DNA of 55,396 nt, filler included, from an uncultured virus (IMG/VR IMGVR_UViG_2049941000_000908) (20 parts of one record of this genome joined end to end with filler, not necessarily neighbours in it), one strand, 5' to 3'. Shown: positions 1 through 10,042, counted from the whole stretch's first letter. The notes: a model not told the origin generated them from the sequence alone. Numbers and translations are program-made.

Positions 1-13
1 TTANNNNNNNNNN

Positions 14-1237
14 ACCTCAAACGATCTGTTCCTGTGAAGTCTGCCCGATTTGTATTCTCGGAGCAGATAGTAGCAGATTTCCTCCATATCGTCGCCATTG
101 ATAATTCGTCTCAGGTTTTCGTTATACCGACTGCGTTCAAATTCCGCGTTCATCTCATTGATGTTGCAATCGAAAATCTTCTCGCAGTCCGCTTTTGGAA
201 GCAGCTTTTCATTCAGCACATAATAATCACGGGATGACGTCACCGCGCCTTTTCTGACAAAAATGCTGTTTTCCTTCCACGCAATATAATCCACGGTGTC
301 AGCCAATTCTCCGTAGACAGGAATAATCCGAAGCTTTTTCAGTTGCTCTCTGAACGCCGGCGGACAATCCCGAAGNNNNNNNNNNGATAATAGAAAATTA
401 TTGTCGGATATTCCGTTGACGTATACATCATTATTTCCGTGACGTTGGTGAGTTACCTTGACAAACCGGAAAATCCTCTCACGTTCCAGTGATTTTAAAG
501 CATCCATCACATTCATGATTGCATTGTATAATTCTTCCAGGATGATACTGTTCCATGCAGAGCTTTCCGTTTCGATTTCTTCGCGTGAAGTGGTAAGGGC
601 AAAAGGCGCGTCAATCACCAAAGGTATTTTGATTCTGTGCTTCGTCGGAAGACCGTTGTACAGGGGATAATCCGAAACACTACTGCGCTCCGGCACATAG
701 CAGGTAATTGTCTGCTCGTCGGATATCATTCTGGTTTCGTTTTCCCTTTCCCTGATAGCCTTCTCGCTTTTAACGATAAACGAATGGGTAAAGCGTCTGA
801 ACACATATTTCTTACTGTTGACGGTTATGATCCTTTGTTCATCTGCGTCTTCAATGGAAACAGTATGATCGCCAATCTGAATGGTCCGCAGCTTCCGCAG
901 ACACAGGCAAAGCTCCAGAATGTTTTTTTCATTGAGCGGCGGGAAGGAACGCTGCCCCTTAAGAATGAATTCCATTCTTGTTCCGGGAGTCGGTTCACCA
1001 AGGTTCTCGAGAATTCTGGGTACGGTAGGTTCACGATCAGAAAGATAAAAGGCGTATTCTCCGCTCCGTATCTTTACTTCGGACGCGACGGCAAAGACCA
1101 TCTTGAACCCGATGCCTTTTTCACCTATCGCTTTGTATTCTCCGTTAATCAGCTTGTTCTTCGTCGATTCTCCTATGGCGGTAATTGACCGGATATTTGC
1201 CCTGTTGAATCCGATCTCCTTGTGTTCTGTGAGAACC
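14..1237 (-). CDS. Sacsin/NO-VEIN-like GHKL (HATPase_c) domain protein, partial and gapped
   Basis: The frame stays open upstream of the ORF-track start and reads EIGFNRANIRSITAIGESTKNK...IGEKGIGFKMVFAV, then LYNGLPT...PLVIDAPFALTTSRE. These motifs are typical of the sacsin N-terminal ATP-binding-like domain. Truncated by N at both ends. Confidence 0.75.
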
Positions 1238-1337
1238 NNNNNNNNNNNNNNNNNNNNNNNNNNNNNNNNNNNNNNNNNNNNTTAATTAATTAANNNNNNN
1301 NNNNNNNNNNNNNNNNNNNNNNNNNNNNNNNNNNNNN

Positions 1338-3729
1338 ATTTCATTGCCATCTCCGGATCAAAAGTCAGCGTATGGTTCGGCTTTTTTCCTCTCAGATAGT
1401 TTTCCCAAGTTCTCCTGAGTGCATTCCTTCCTCCGGGGAGCTGCCGGAGATCATCGCGCAGAATACCTCTTGCATTGGCGGACAGCCGCAGATTCTTCAT
1501 TCCTGTTTCACCGATGATGTAGGTTCCGGCGCCGACTCGTTGGTTGATATAGCTTTCAATGAGTCTTTGCAGACATTGCTGTGACAGCCAGGGGTTTTCA
1601 GCTTTTCGGATTTCCTGTGATGTGGTAAATTCGGTCAGATCAAAACCGAACAGCTCTTTTTCCTCTTCCTCCAGGCGAGTCAGTTCCTGAACCTTCCTGA
1701 CTTCATTATCTGCCATTTGTTCAAGTTTGATTTTGCGTTCTTCCTCCGTCAGCGTCGTGTCAAGAGCTATTGACTCAATCCCTGTGGAGATGTCTCCGAG
1801 AATCTGTTCACAGTCGCCAATGCTCTGCTCAAAGACGCCGATCCGCATAAGGCAGCGGTAATATATTTCCGCGTCAACTGTATCTTCGGTAATAATGTTG
1901 TAAATGTTGACCGCTTCGCTTTGCTGCCCGCGGCGATCTATACGTCCTATCCGCTGCTCAATTCTCATGGGATTCCACGGCAGATCATAGTTGATCATCA
2001 TATCACAGAATTGATAATCCAATCCTTCAGAGCCGACTTCGGTAAACAGCAATATATCAATAGCATCCGGATTTTCCTTCGGCAGCTCAAATCTACCCTT
2101 TAACGTGTATCTGTCATCATCCTTCACACTGCCGTCGATTTGTTCGACCCGGAATCCCAGAGAGCTGAGTTTTCTCTTGAGATAATTCAGCGTATGCCGG
2201 AATGTGCTGAACAACATGATTTTGTTATTCTCTAATCCCTGTTTTCCGCTGATCACCTTGAGCGTTTCCTCGAATTTCGGGTCTTCGTCCGGAAGATGTT
2301 CCGAAAGTTCAATCAGTCTTTGAGAGAGAGAGGAAATAACCTCTCCGATCTGTGCATCCATATCAAGACAGGAAAAATCTACCTCGGGGTCATCGTTGAT
2401 TTGCTGTATCCTGCGATTGATTATATCGCGTAAATGAGGAGCAAGACCAAATATACAGCTTGCCGCCTGTCTGCGTATGGTAGTCATCATAAACGGAACA
2501 GAACGGGAATTGTGAAGTATGGAAAGGCATTGGCGTTCAAACCCGATCAATTCATCATGCAGCATCCTCTGGTATTCCGTAAAGTTGACAGATACCGTGT
2601 GAGGGCGGCGGATACAGAAGTCTTGTATGTCTCTCCTTCGGGTGCGGTTCAGCATGGTGCTGAAACTATGGAGGGACTCAATATCCGATATTAGTTTTAC
2701 TCTGTCTTCACGGGTGATTTCTTCGGCTTCAAGCCGGATTAATACATCATCATATAATGGATTTTCAGCGATGACATTATCACCCCATTGTGTTTTTTGC
2801 AAATCTCTGAGTGCGGTAATTGCTTCCTGCGCCCAGTTATCCGAAGCACTTCTGATAGCGTGAACGGCGTGGGAAATATAAGCATTCGGGCGTGACATCA
2901 TCTCAAAGGTTTTCCGGTCAATTACGATATCGGGGCGAAGGATATTCAATATGGTAAACAAGTCGTTGTCGCCTGTCTGAAGCGGTGTTGCCGTGAGCAT
3001 GACAACCGCATCTGCATGGTCGCAGAAGTACTTGGTGCATTTATAGGCGAATGCCTTATCTTTTTCCATACTTCCGTTTCGGATATGATGCGCTTCATCG
3101 ACAATTACCAGGTCAAAATGGGGTTCAGGATCAAGTTCGGTAAGTCCGAAAACTCGATTCCTTTTCCCATCCTCTCCGTTATACGCTCTGGAATCAAGAA
3201 TAGAATAAGGGATTATGACTTTGTTGTACCTGACAGGCCATTCTCCGTCCCGGTCAGTATCGGATATAATTTGCCGCAGTGTTGAGCCGTCAATTGGAAT
3301 AAATTCCTCATCAAACCGCTTCATTTCAAGTTCCCACTTGCGTTCTGCGACCAAAGGTCTGGGGCAAATTACAACCACCCGTTCCAGATCAGAGCGGGCT
3401 TCCAATTCTTTTATGATCAGACCGGCTTCTATTGTTTTGCCAACGCCAACGCTGTCAGCGATTAAAATACGAGGCTCATCCGCGTGAATCATTTTCAAAG
3501 CAGGACGGAATTGATATGGTACAAAATCAATTCTCGCTGAATTGAGAGAATACAGATTCTGAGAGGAAGGATGATTGATCTGATACGCCGTCAGGTAACT
3601 ACGGACATCACTTATTTCTCGCCAATCATATGCAGCGGATTCCTCTACAAGCGCAATTTGACCGCTGAAAAAACGCTGGACAGAATTGTTGACAAATACC
3701 TCATACTGTGTGACGGACCCGATTTGCTT
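1338..3729 (-). CDS. SNF2/RapA-like SF2 helicase, truncated at both ends
   Basis: Motifs IDFVPYQFRP, LIADSVGVGKTIEAG, VIVDEAHHIRN, MLTATPLQ, EVGSEGLDYQ, INYDLPWNPMRIEQRIGRIDRRGQ. The frame is open up to the contig edge at 3729, so the ORF-track start at 3498 is internal. Confidence 0.92.
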
Positions 3730-3898
3730 NNNNNNNNNNNNNNNNNNNNNNNNNNNNNNNNNNNNNNNNNNNNTTAATTAATTAANNNNNNNNNNNNNNN
3801 NNNNNNNNNNNNNNNNNNNNNNNNNNNNNTCCTCTTTTCTCTCTTTTTTCTGTTTTCTCTATCTGCCCTTGCATCCAATCACTCCTTCGTCGGATTAT

Positions 3899-4450
3899 TT
3901 ACCATTCATCATCTCCGCCGATCAAATCCACATCACGCAGAAAATTGCTCTGCGCCATGATCGGCGGCTCGGCTACATCGTAGCCCTTCCACTTCATTAT
4001 GCGGAATTTGAAATCCAGCAGTTCCATCGGAACGCGCAGAACAGCGGCGGCAGAGAAAAAATCGCCGCCCTGCGCCAGTGTTTCCAACACTTCATCATCC
4101 TCAAGTAAAAACTCCGCCGCAAATAAATTCGCTTCCCTCTCAAAGCGTGACGACACGTCAAACAATCCCACGTCGTGAAAAGCGTGAATGCCATCCCTCG
4201 CATGAAGCACGGAATGTCCCAGCTCATGCCCTACAATGATTCTCTGCAAATCATCCGATAAATCCGAATTGTAGGTAATGGTTTTGATGCGTCTCTGCTC
4301 CAGAAAAAAGCCCATGATGGCGCCCTTCTGCGTTCCGAATGGTTGCGGGAGCAATAGGATTCCCATATTTCTACAAAGTTCAAATAAGTTGTCTTCGCGA
4401 TATCGTCTTTTCAGTTTTTTGACCGATTTTACTATTTCATCGCAAATCAT
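3899..4450 (-). CDS. ImmA/IrrE-family metallopeptidase (DUF955)
   Basis: GHELGHSVLH (HExxH) and EREANLFAAEFLL; lies directly downstream of an XRE repressor. Confidence 0.9.
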   Translation of the reverse strand: MICDEIVKSVKKLKRRYREDNLFELCRNMGILLLPQPFGTQKGAIMGFFLEQRRIKTITYNSDLSDDLQRIIVGHELGHSVLHARDGIHAFHDVGLFDVSSRFEREANLFAAEFLLEDDEVLETLAQGGDFFSAAAVLRVPMELLDFKFRIMKWKGYDVAEPPIMAQSNFLRDVDLIGGDDEW

Positions 4451-4563
4451 GCTATTCCCCCTCCANNNNNNNNNNCTTTTTGACCGATTTTACTATTTCA
4501 TCGCAAATCATGCTATTCCCCCCTCCATCAGCAATTGATAAAAGAGTATGGTTAGCAGATTGC

Positions 4564-5285
4564 TTATAGTTTCTTGATGCCGTACTTGATCTGGGCCTGC
4601 TCACGGCAGGTCAGATAGGCGGACATGACGGCTCTGAAAAAAGCGTCCTTCTGGTCCTGGGAAAGCTCTCCTCCCGCAAAGAGCGCCTCGTTTTCGGAGA
4701 GCAGTTCCTCCACGTCCATAGCGCCTCTTGCGCCGTATTTCGCCCATGCGGCTTCAATATATCCGTCTTTTTCAATATCCTCTGTCGGATTCTCGCAGTT
4801 GTCGTCCTCCAGGTATTTCACCGACACCTTCAAAGCCTTCGCCAGCTGAACCAGCGTTTTGCGGCGGGGTTTTTTTACGCCTTTCTCGTAGGAAAGAATC
4901 GTGCGGAGGGATACGCCGGCGGCTTCTCCGAGCTGCNNNNNNNNNNCCCTCCCGCAAAGAGCGCCTCGTTTTCAGAGAGCAGTTCCTCCACGTCCATAGC
5001 GCCTCTTGCGCCGTATTTCTCCCACGCGGCTTCAATATACCCGTCTTTCTCAATATCCTCCGTCGGATTCTCGCAATTATCATCCTCCAGGTATTTCACC
5101 GATACCTTCAAAGCCTTCGCCAGCTGAACCAGCGTTTTACGGCGGGGCTTTTTTACGCCCTTCTCATAGGAAAGAATCGTGCGGAGGGATACGCCGGCGG
5201 CTTCTCCGAGCTGCGTCTGCGACAGACCAAGCTCACATCTTGCGTCCTTGACTTTTTCGGGAAACGATTTCATTTTGATGACCAC
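4564..5285 (-). CDS. XRE-family HTH repressor (ImmR/CI-like), present as two overlapping allelic fragments
   Basis: KVKDARCELGLSQTQLGEAAGVSLRTILSYEKG HTH. The C-terminus is in 4564-4936 and the N-terminus in 4947-5285, with overlapping near-identical sequence. Confidence 0.88.
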
Positions 5286-5312
5286 TCCTTGAAAAAAATA
5301 CTAAAAAAGCTC

Positions 5313-5400
5313 TTGACAATATTGCAAATAAGTGCTAATATGAGTCTTGTGAATTGGAACTTATAGGAATTAGTATAAATGATGTTTCCTGAAATGTCAA
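5313..5400. promoter_or_regulatory. Pair of face-to-face sigma70/sigmaA promoters between the repressor and the divergent gene
   Basis: Plus strand: TTGACA (5313-5318), 17 nt, TAATAT preceded by TG. Minus strand: TTGACA (5400-5395), 17 nt, TATACT (5377-5372). Confidence 0.65.
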
Positions 5401-5447
5401 TACCTTTATTGAAAAAATATTTGTAAAATTCAGAAAATGGAGTCGAT

Positions 5448-5669
5448 GTGATGGAAAGAAAGAGAACGCTTATTTATTCCCCAAAAGAAAAAATCCCTAT
5501 CGGAGAGCCTGTGGTACTTCCGGACGGAACTTTAGGAATTGAATTCAGACATAAACGAAAAAGCGGTTGCGTAACCGAAACAGTCCCGATGGACAAGCTG
5601 CTTGAGCTGGTTAGCGGCAGGAGAATGACGCGGGCAAGGCAGGAATCCCATAAGAGCAAACGCTCTTGA
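5448..5669 (+). CDS. Small hypothetical protein divergent from the repressor
   Basis: 73-aa ORF with GGAG upstream, downstream of the rightward promoter; no recognised motif. Confidence 0.55.
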   Translation: MMERKRTLIYSPKEKIPIGEPVVLPDGTLGIEFRHKRKSGCVTETVPMDKLLELVSGRRMTRARQESHKSKRS

Positions 5670-5745
5670 CCACATGAGGAATCCGCCTCAATACCAGTAA
5701 ACAGAATAGCTGCTCTGGACAGGAGCCTGAACCGAATGCGAGTTT

Positions 5746-5806
5746 GGCCGGTACGAGCATCAGAAGGATATTTTTATATCCTTCGGTGTTCGTGCCGGCT
5801 TTTTTT
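5746..5806 (+). terminator. Long hairpin plus U-tract (intrinsic terminator or attenuator)
   Basis: GCCGGTACGAGCATCAGAAGGATA pairs with TATCCTTCGGTGTTCGTGCCGGC (several G-U pairs), followed by T7. Confidence 0.7.
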
Positions 5807-6029
5807 CGTTTAAAAATATTTTTCTATNNNNNNNNNNCTATTTCATCGCAAATCATGCTATTCCCCCTCCAATCAGTAATTGATAAAAGAGTATGGTTAG
5901 CAGATTGCTTACAGTTTCTTGATGCCGTANNNNNNNNNNNNNNNNNNNNNNNNNNNNNNNNNNNNNNNNNNNNTTAATTAATTAANNNNNNNNNNNNNNN
6001 NNNNNNNNNNNNNNNNNNNNNNNNNNNNN

Positions 6030-7173
6030 TGAGAATTGGAAATCGGAAGCCTTCGCCAGAGGTGACGATATTTACTGCTCCACCGCTTCACGAATGTTCA
6101 AGGTACCCGTGGTAAAGCATGGCATCAACGGCGAACTCAGGCAGAAAGGGAAAATAACCGAGCTTGCCTGTATCGCGGAAGGTGAATTGGTGTTGACCGA
6201 TCAGGGACTTGTGCCTATCGAGAATGTCACCACCGACATGAAGCTCTGGGACGGGCAATCGTGGGTGTCGCATGACGGCGTGATATNNNNNNNNNNAAAA
6301 GCATGGCATCAACGGAGAACTCAGGCAGAAAGGGAAAATAACCGAGCTTGCCTGTATCGCGGAAGGTGAATTGGTACTGACCGATCAGGGGCTTGTGCCT
6401 ATCGAAAAAGTCACCACCGGCATGAAGCTCTGGGACGGGCAATCGTGGGTGTCGCATGACGGCGTGATATACAAAGGCGAAAGGGAGGTAATCACTTATG
6501 AAGGACTCACCGCAACCCCCGATCATCTCGTATGGGTCGAGGGGCAACCGGAGCCGATTTACTTTGGAGTCGCCGCCGCCTGCGGCGCGCGTCTCTTACA
6601 AACCGGAGAAACCACATCATCAGTCAATCATCAGCGCACGGCTCGACTTTATGACATACGAAATGCCGGACGACATNNNNNNNNNNTTACTAAAAATTTT
6701 CGGACTTCCGGACAGGAGTTTGCAGATCGACCGGATAAACGACAATGGCGATTATGCGCCGGGGAATATCAGATTTGTTTCCCAGCGGGAGAACATGGCC
6801 AACAGACGGATCACGGTTCTGAGCCGGTTCGAACAGCAATACTGGCCTTACTGCCAGAGCGTAGTAACGAGAAAATTATCCTCGGGAATGAGCCGGGAGG
6901 ATATCATTCAGGATGCGGAAAGAGCCGTGTCGGAGAAAAGAAAAAACTGGCGTATCATCAGCGCACGGCTCGACTTTATGACATACGAAATGCCGGACGA
7001 CATCATCGTTTTACCGTATCGGGAAGGCTCGTCCACAACTGCGGCTACGGCGGCTCCGTCGGGGCGTTGAAGGCAATGGGCGCGCTGGAAATGGGTCTTG
7101 ACGAGAGCGAATTGCATCCGCTGGTGACGGCATGGCGGGAGTCCAATCCCAATATCGTACAGCTGTGGTGGGA
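6030..7173 (+). CDS. Phage family A DNA polymerase, internal fragment with intein
   Basis: GDDIYCSTASRMFKVPVVKHGINGELRQKGKITELA|intein|CGYGGSVGALKAMGALEMGL...WRESNPNIVQLWW corresponds to the PolA motif B region. Confidence 0.93.
6353..7039 (+). mobile_element. Intein in DNA polymerase motif B; two alleles (mini-intein 6353-6676, long form 6687-7039)
   Basis: N-terminal block CIAEGELVLTDQGLVPIE (Cys1 at 6353, second copy at 6169), block B LTATPDHLVWV, C-terminal LYDIRNAGRHHRFTVSGRLVHN followed by +1 Cys at 7040. Confidence 0.92.
6498..7070 (+). CDS. HNH-like endonuclease ORF overlapping the intein in the +1 frame (start seen in the mini allele, HNH core and stop in the long allele)
   Basis: LQIDRINDNGDYAPGNIRFVSQRENMANRR in 6687-7070, stop at 7068-7070. 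AAGGGAGGT (6481-6489) lies 8 nt before ATG 6498. Both alleles share IISARLDFMTYEMPDD in this frame. Confidence 0.75.
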   Translation: MKDSPQPPIISYGSRGNRSRFTLESPPPAARVSYKPEKPHHQSIISARLDFMTYEMPDDXXXXLLKIFGLPDRSLQIDRINDNGDYAPGNIRFVSQRENMANRRITVLSRFEQQYWPYCQSVVTRKLSSGMSREDIIQDAERAVSEKRKNWRIISARLDFMTYEMPDDIIVLPYREGSSTTAATAAPSGR

Positions 7174-7273
7174 NNNNNNNNNNNNNNNNNNNNNNNNNNN
7201 NNNNNNNNNNNNNNNNNTTAATTAATTAANNNNNNNNNNNNNNNNNNNNNNNNNNNNNNNNNNNNNNNNNNNN

Positions 7274-7836
7274 CTGGTAATTGACGAGCTTTCTTCCTTC
7301 AAAAATCATCAGTCCAAGCGGTTCCGCAGCCTGCTGAAAGTCCGTCCGAAGGTCAGGCGGGTGGTCGGTCTGACCGGAACGCCGACTACCAACGGGCTGA
7401 TGGATTTGTGGGCGCANNNNNNNNNNNGCGCCTTGGTAAATTCATCGGGAAATACAGAGCCGCCTATTTCCGTCCCGACAAAATGAACGGGCAGATCGTG
7501 TTCTCCTATAAGCCTTTGCCCGGTGCAGAGAATCGGATATATGAAGCTATATCGGACATCACGATATCCATGCGGGCAACCGACCACCTGAAAATGCCGG
7601 CGCTGATTTCCACACAATTTCCTGTGCAGATGAACCGGTCCGAACGCCTGAAATATGACGCTTTGTGCAAAGAACTCGTCCTGACCCTTCCGGACGGCGA
7701 GATCACGGCGGCGAACGCGGCGGTGCTTTCCGGCAAACTCTCCCAGATGGCGAACGGCGCGATATACACCGATTCCGGCGAACCGGTCACCATTCACGAC
7801 CGCAAGCTGGACGCGCTGGAGGACATCATCGAGAGC
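7274..7836 (+). CDS. Phage SNF2-like DEAD/H helicase, internal fragments
   Basis: VIDELSSFKNHQSKRF...VVGLTGTPTTNGLMDLWA and AANAAVLSGKLSQMANGAIY. Confidence 0.85.
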
Positions 7837-7846
7837 NNNNNNNNNN

Positions 7847-8012
7847 CGGAAGAATCGCCTTTGTGGAGGTCAAGGCTCCCGGCAAAAAGCCGCGTCCTTT
7901 GCAGAAAGCAAGGCACAGGCTTCTCCGCCGGCTGGGATTTAAGGTGTATGTCCTTGACGGCATACCGCAGATCAAAGAAATTCTGGATGAATTGGGAGGT
8001 GACGCCAAATGA
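7847..8012 (+). CDS. VRR-NUC domain nuclease, C-terminal fragment
   Basis: GRIAFVEVKAPGKKPRPLQKARHRLLRRLGFKVYVLD; its stop overlaps the helicase ATG. Confidence 0.85.
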
Positions 8013-8361
8013 AGTTCATACCGCACGACTACCAGAAATACGCCATCGAATACATCAAAAATAATCCGATTGCCGCCGTCCTGCTGGATATGGGCTTGGG
8101 CAAAACGGTCATCACGCTGACGGCAATCAACGATCTGCTGCATGACAGCTTTGAGGTAAGCAAAATCCTGATCATCGCTCCGCTGCGAGTCGCTAAAACG
8201 ACATGGAGCGATGAAATCAGAAAATGGGAGCATCTTCACTCCCTGCGCTATTCCGTCTCGGTCGGCACAGAGAAGGAACGGCTGGACGCGCTTCACACGC
8301 CTGCCGATATTTACATCATCAACCGGGAAAACGTCCAATGGCTCATCGAAAAAAGCGGCGT
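8009..8361 (+). CDS. Phage SNF2-like helicase, N-terminal fragment
   Basis: MKFIPHDYQKYAIEYI...LLDMGLGKTVITLTAI...LIIAPLRVAKTTW. Confidence 0.88.
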
Positions 8362-8426
8362 NNNNNNNNNNNNNNNNNNNNNNNNNNNNNNNNNNNNNNN
8401 NNNNNNNNNNNNNNNNNNNNNNNNNA

Positions 8427-9023
8427 CTGCTGTATATGTTTTACCCCTCGGACGGAAAATACATCCTCGACGGTCANNNNNNNNNNGAATCAGGCAGGCG
8501 CAATCCGCTGCGGCGACAACGGCATTTTCAAGGGCGTTCCCGTCACGGAGGAGCAGAATGCCCTTGCGGAACTGGCGGCGCTGCTGTATATGTTTTACCC
8601 CTCGGACGGGAAATACATTCTCGACGGTCACAGGCTGGTGATCTGCCAGAGCAACGCCGGCACCGAGGAACTTGCCGATCTCTGTCCCGGCGCGGAGATC
8701 AATCCGCTGGGTGATTGGACGGGCGGCACCGATGTGGACACCGGAGCGACCAACCGCAAGCTCGGCTCTGACATGGGCGATTCCCTGACCGGCGGCGGAC
8801 TGCACGGGAAGGACTTGTCCAAGGCGGACGTGAGCGCGAACATCTACGCCTTTCTGAAAGCACAGGAGACCGGAAAGCCTGTGGAATTCAGCTGCGCCAT
8901 CGGCGACGAAGCCGTGGGCGGCGTGCCTTATGAAGAAATTGTCGAGACTGCCCGGAAATACATCAAGAGTATTGGCGGCTTTGAGAAATTCGCGGAATGG
9001 GGGCTGATACGCTTTGAAAACAA
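8427..9023 (+). CDS. metK: Phage-type compact S-adenosylmethionine synthetase (MetK-like), C-terminal part
   Basis: IRCGDNGIFKG, DGKY, INPLGDWTGGTDVDTGATNRKL, GGGLHGKDLSKADVS are MetK-like motifs. The N-terminus MIEKVNPSHPDKVADRIAGAI is at 52936. Confidence 0.82.
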
Positions 9024-9033
9024 NNNNNNNNNN

Positions 9034-9497
9034 ATCGTCGGGACTTGCCTTGTCCACGTCATCTTCCATGTAACCGCATTGCAGCAGAGGGAGCGAGGCA
9101 TAAAGTTCCTCAAAGTTCTTAAACAGATGCAGTCCGGTTACCACCACGACAAACGGCTCTCTTTCCGCGTCAGCGCNNNNNNNNNNAATTCCGCTTGTTC
9201 TTCCACGCTGTAATAGCGGTTCATGTCATCCGGACTTGCCCTGTCCACATTCTCTTCCGTGTAGCCGCATTGCAGCAGCGGCAGCGAAGCGTAAAGTTCC
9301 GCAAATTTCTTGAACAAATGCAGTCCGGTCACCACCACGACAAACGGCTCTTTTTCTGCGTCAGCGCAGGAAAATTCAATCTCATCGTCCACCTTAATCT
9401 GCTGGCGTTTTTCATCGTACAATCTCAGTTCAAAGGTCTTTTTCCCCGAACGTATCATCTCAAAGGGTTGCGACCGCAGCTTCATTTGGTAGCGCAT
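9034..9497 (-). CDS. ASCH domain protein (two allelic fragments)
   Basis: MRYQMKLRSQPFEMIRSGKKTFELRLYDEKRQQIKVDDEIEF, with the ASCH GxKxxExR motif; RBS GGAGGA. Confidence 0.85.
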
Positions 9498-9814
9498 TTT
9501 GCTTTCCTCCATTGCTCCTGAATAACCGGACGCTCCACATACCAGCGGCCGACGCGGGCGGCGAACAGTTCGCTCGTTTTTTCAAAGAATAAGTGCTTCT
9601 CTACGCCGCCAATTACTACGGTGTAGCAGTCGCCGGTGCGTCCGTTCCCGAAGGTACACGCCGGACGGAAGTCCTTCACCTCGTCGATTCTGAATATGCG
9701 GCCGTCCGTCCATATGATTGTGCGCGGCAGCATATAGCCTGTCGCGTCAAAATCGGAAGTTACTTTCACATAGACTCTCTCTCTTTTCTCTCTTTTTTCC
9801 AGCTGCCCTTGCAT
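9482..9814 (-). CDS. Conserved-looking clostridial hypothetical protein (a homologous start also at 3830-3874)
   Basis: VYVKVTSDFDATGYMLPRTIIWTDGRIFRIDEVKDFRPA...YTVVIGG...LFFE...RWYVE with AGGAG RBS. From memory this resembles small proteins often found beside Y-family polymerase/ImmA cassettes. Confidence 0.7.
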   Translation of the reverse strand: MQGQLEKREKRERVYVKVTSDFDATGYMLPRTIIWTDGRIFRIDEVKDFRPACTFGNGRTGDCYTVVIGGVEKHLFFEKTSELFAARVGRWYVERPVIQEQWRKAKCATK

Positions 9815-9844
9815 CCAATCACTCCTTTAAAAATAATAAAAAAC

Positions 9845-10042
9845 TTACCAGCCGCCGAATACCTTGTCAAATGCCGGAAGCTCCAGAGAAGGCACCTTGT
9901 ATTTGCGAATTGCCACCGCTTCATATTTCAGNNNNNNNNNNTGTGAAAAGCCCTGTATTTTTGCGAACTGCTGCTGCTCATGCAACCGCTCAAACATTTT
10001 CTTATATGTCTTCTTTTGCTCTATCTCAGAGCCGCAGTATGG
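9845..10042 (-). CDS. Hypothetical protein fragments with a CxxC zinc-ribbon motif
   Basis: AVFCPYCGSEIEQKK...; ends VFGGW*; gapped. Confidence 0.45.
   Translation of the reverse strand, partial: PYCGSEIEQKKTYKKMFERLHEQQQFAKIQGFSXXXXLKYEAVAIRKYKVPSLELPAFDKVFGGW

Noticed and set aside
4475..5929. Tandem duplication of the repressor and immA start
   Set aside because: Overlapping allelic contigs separated by 10-N gaps, not a real duplication.
6687..7039. Simple sequencing frameshift explaining the out-of-frame HNH
   Set aside because: Both frames are open over the whole contig, the +1 frame continues past the intein end to its own stop, and the mini allele independently shows the same two-frame tail plus an SD-ATG. 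Not fully excluded without the complete long allele.
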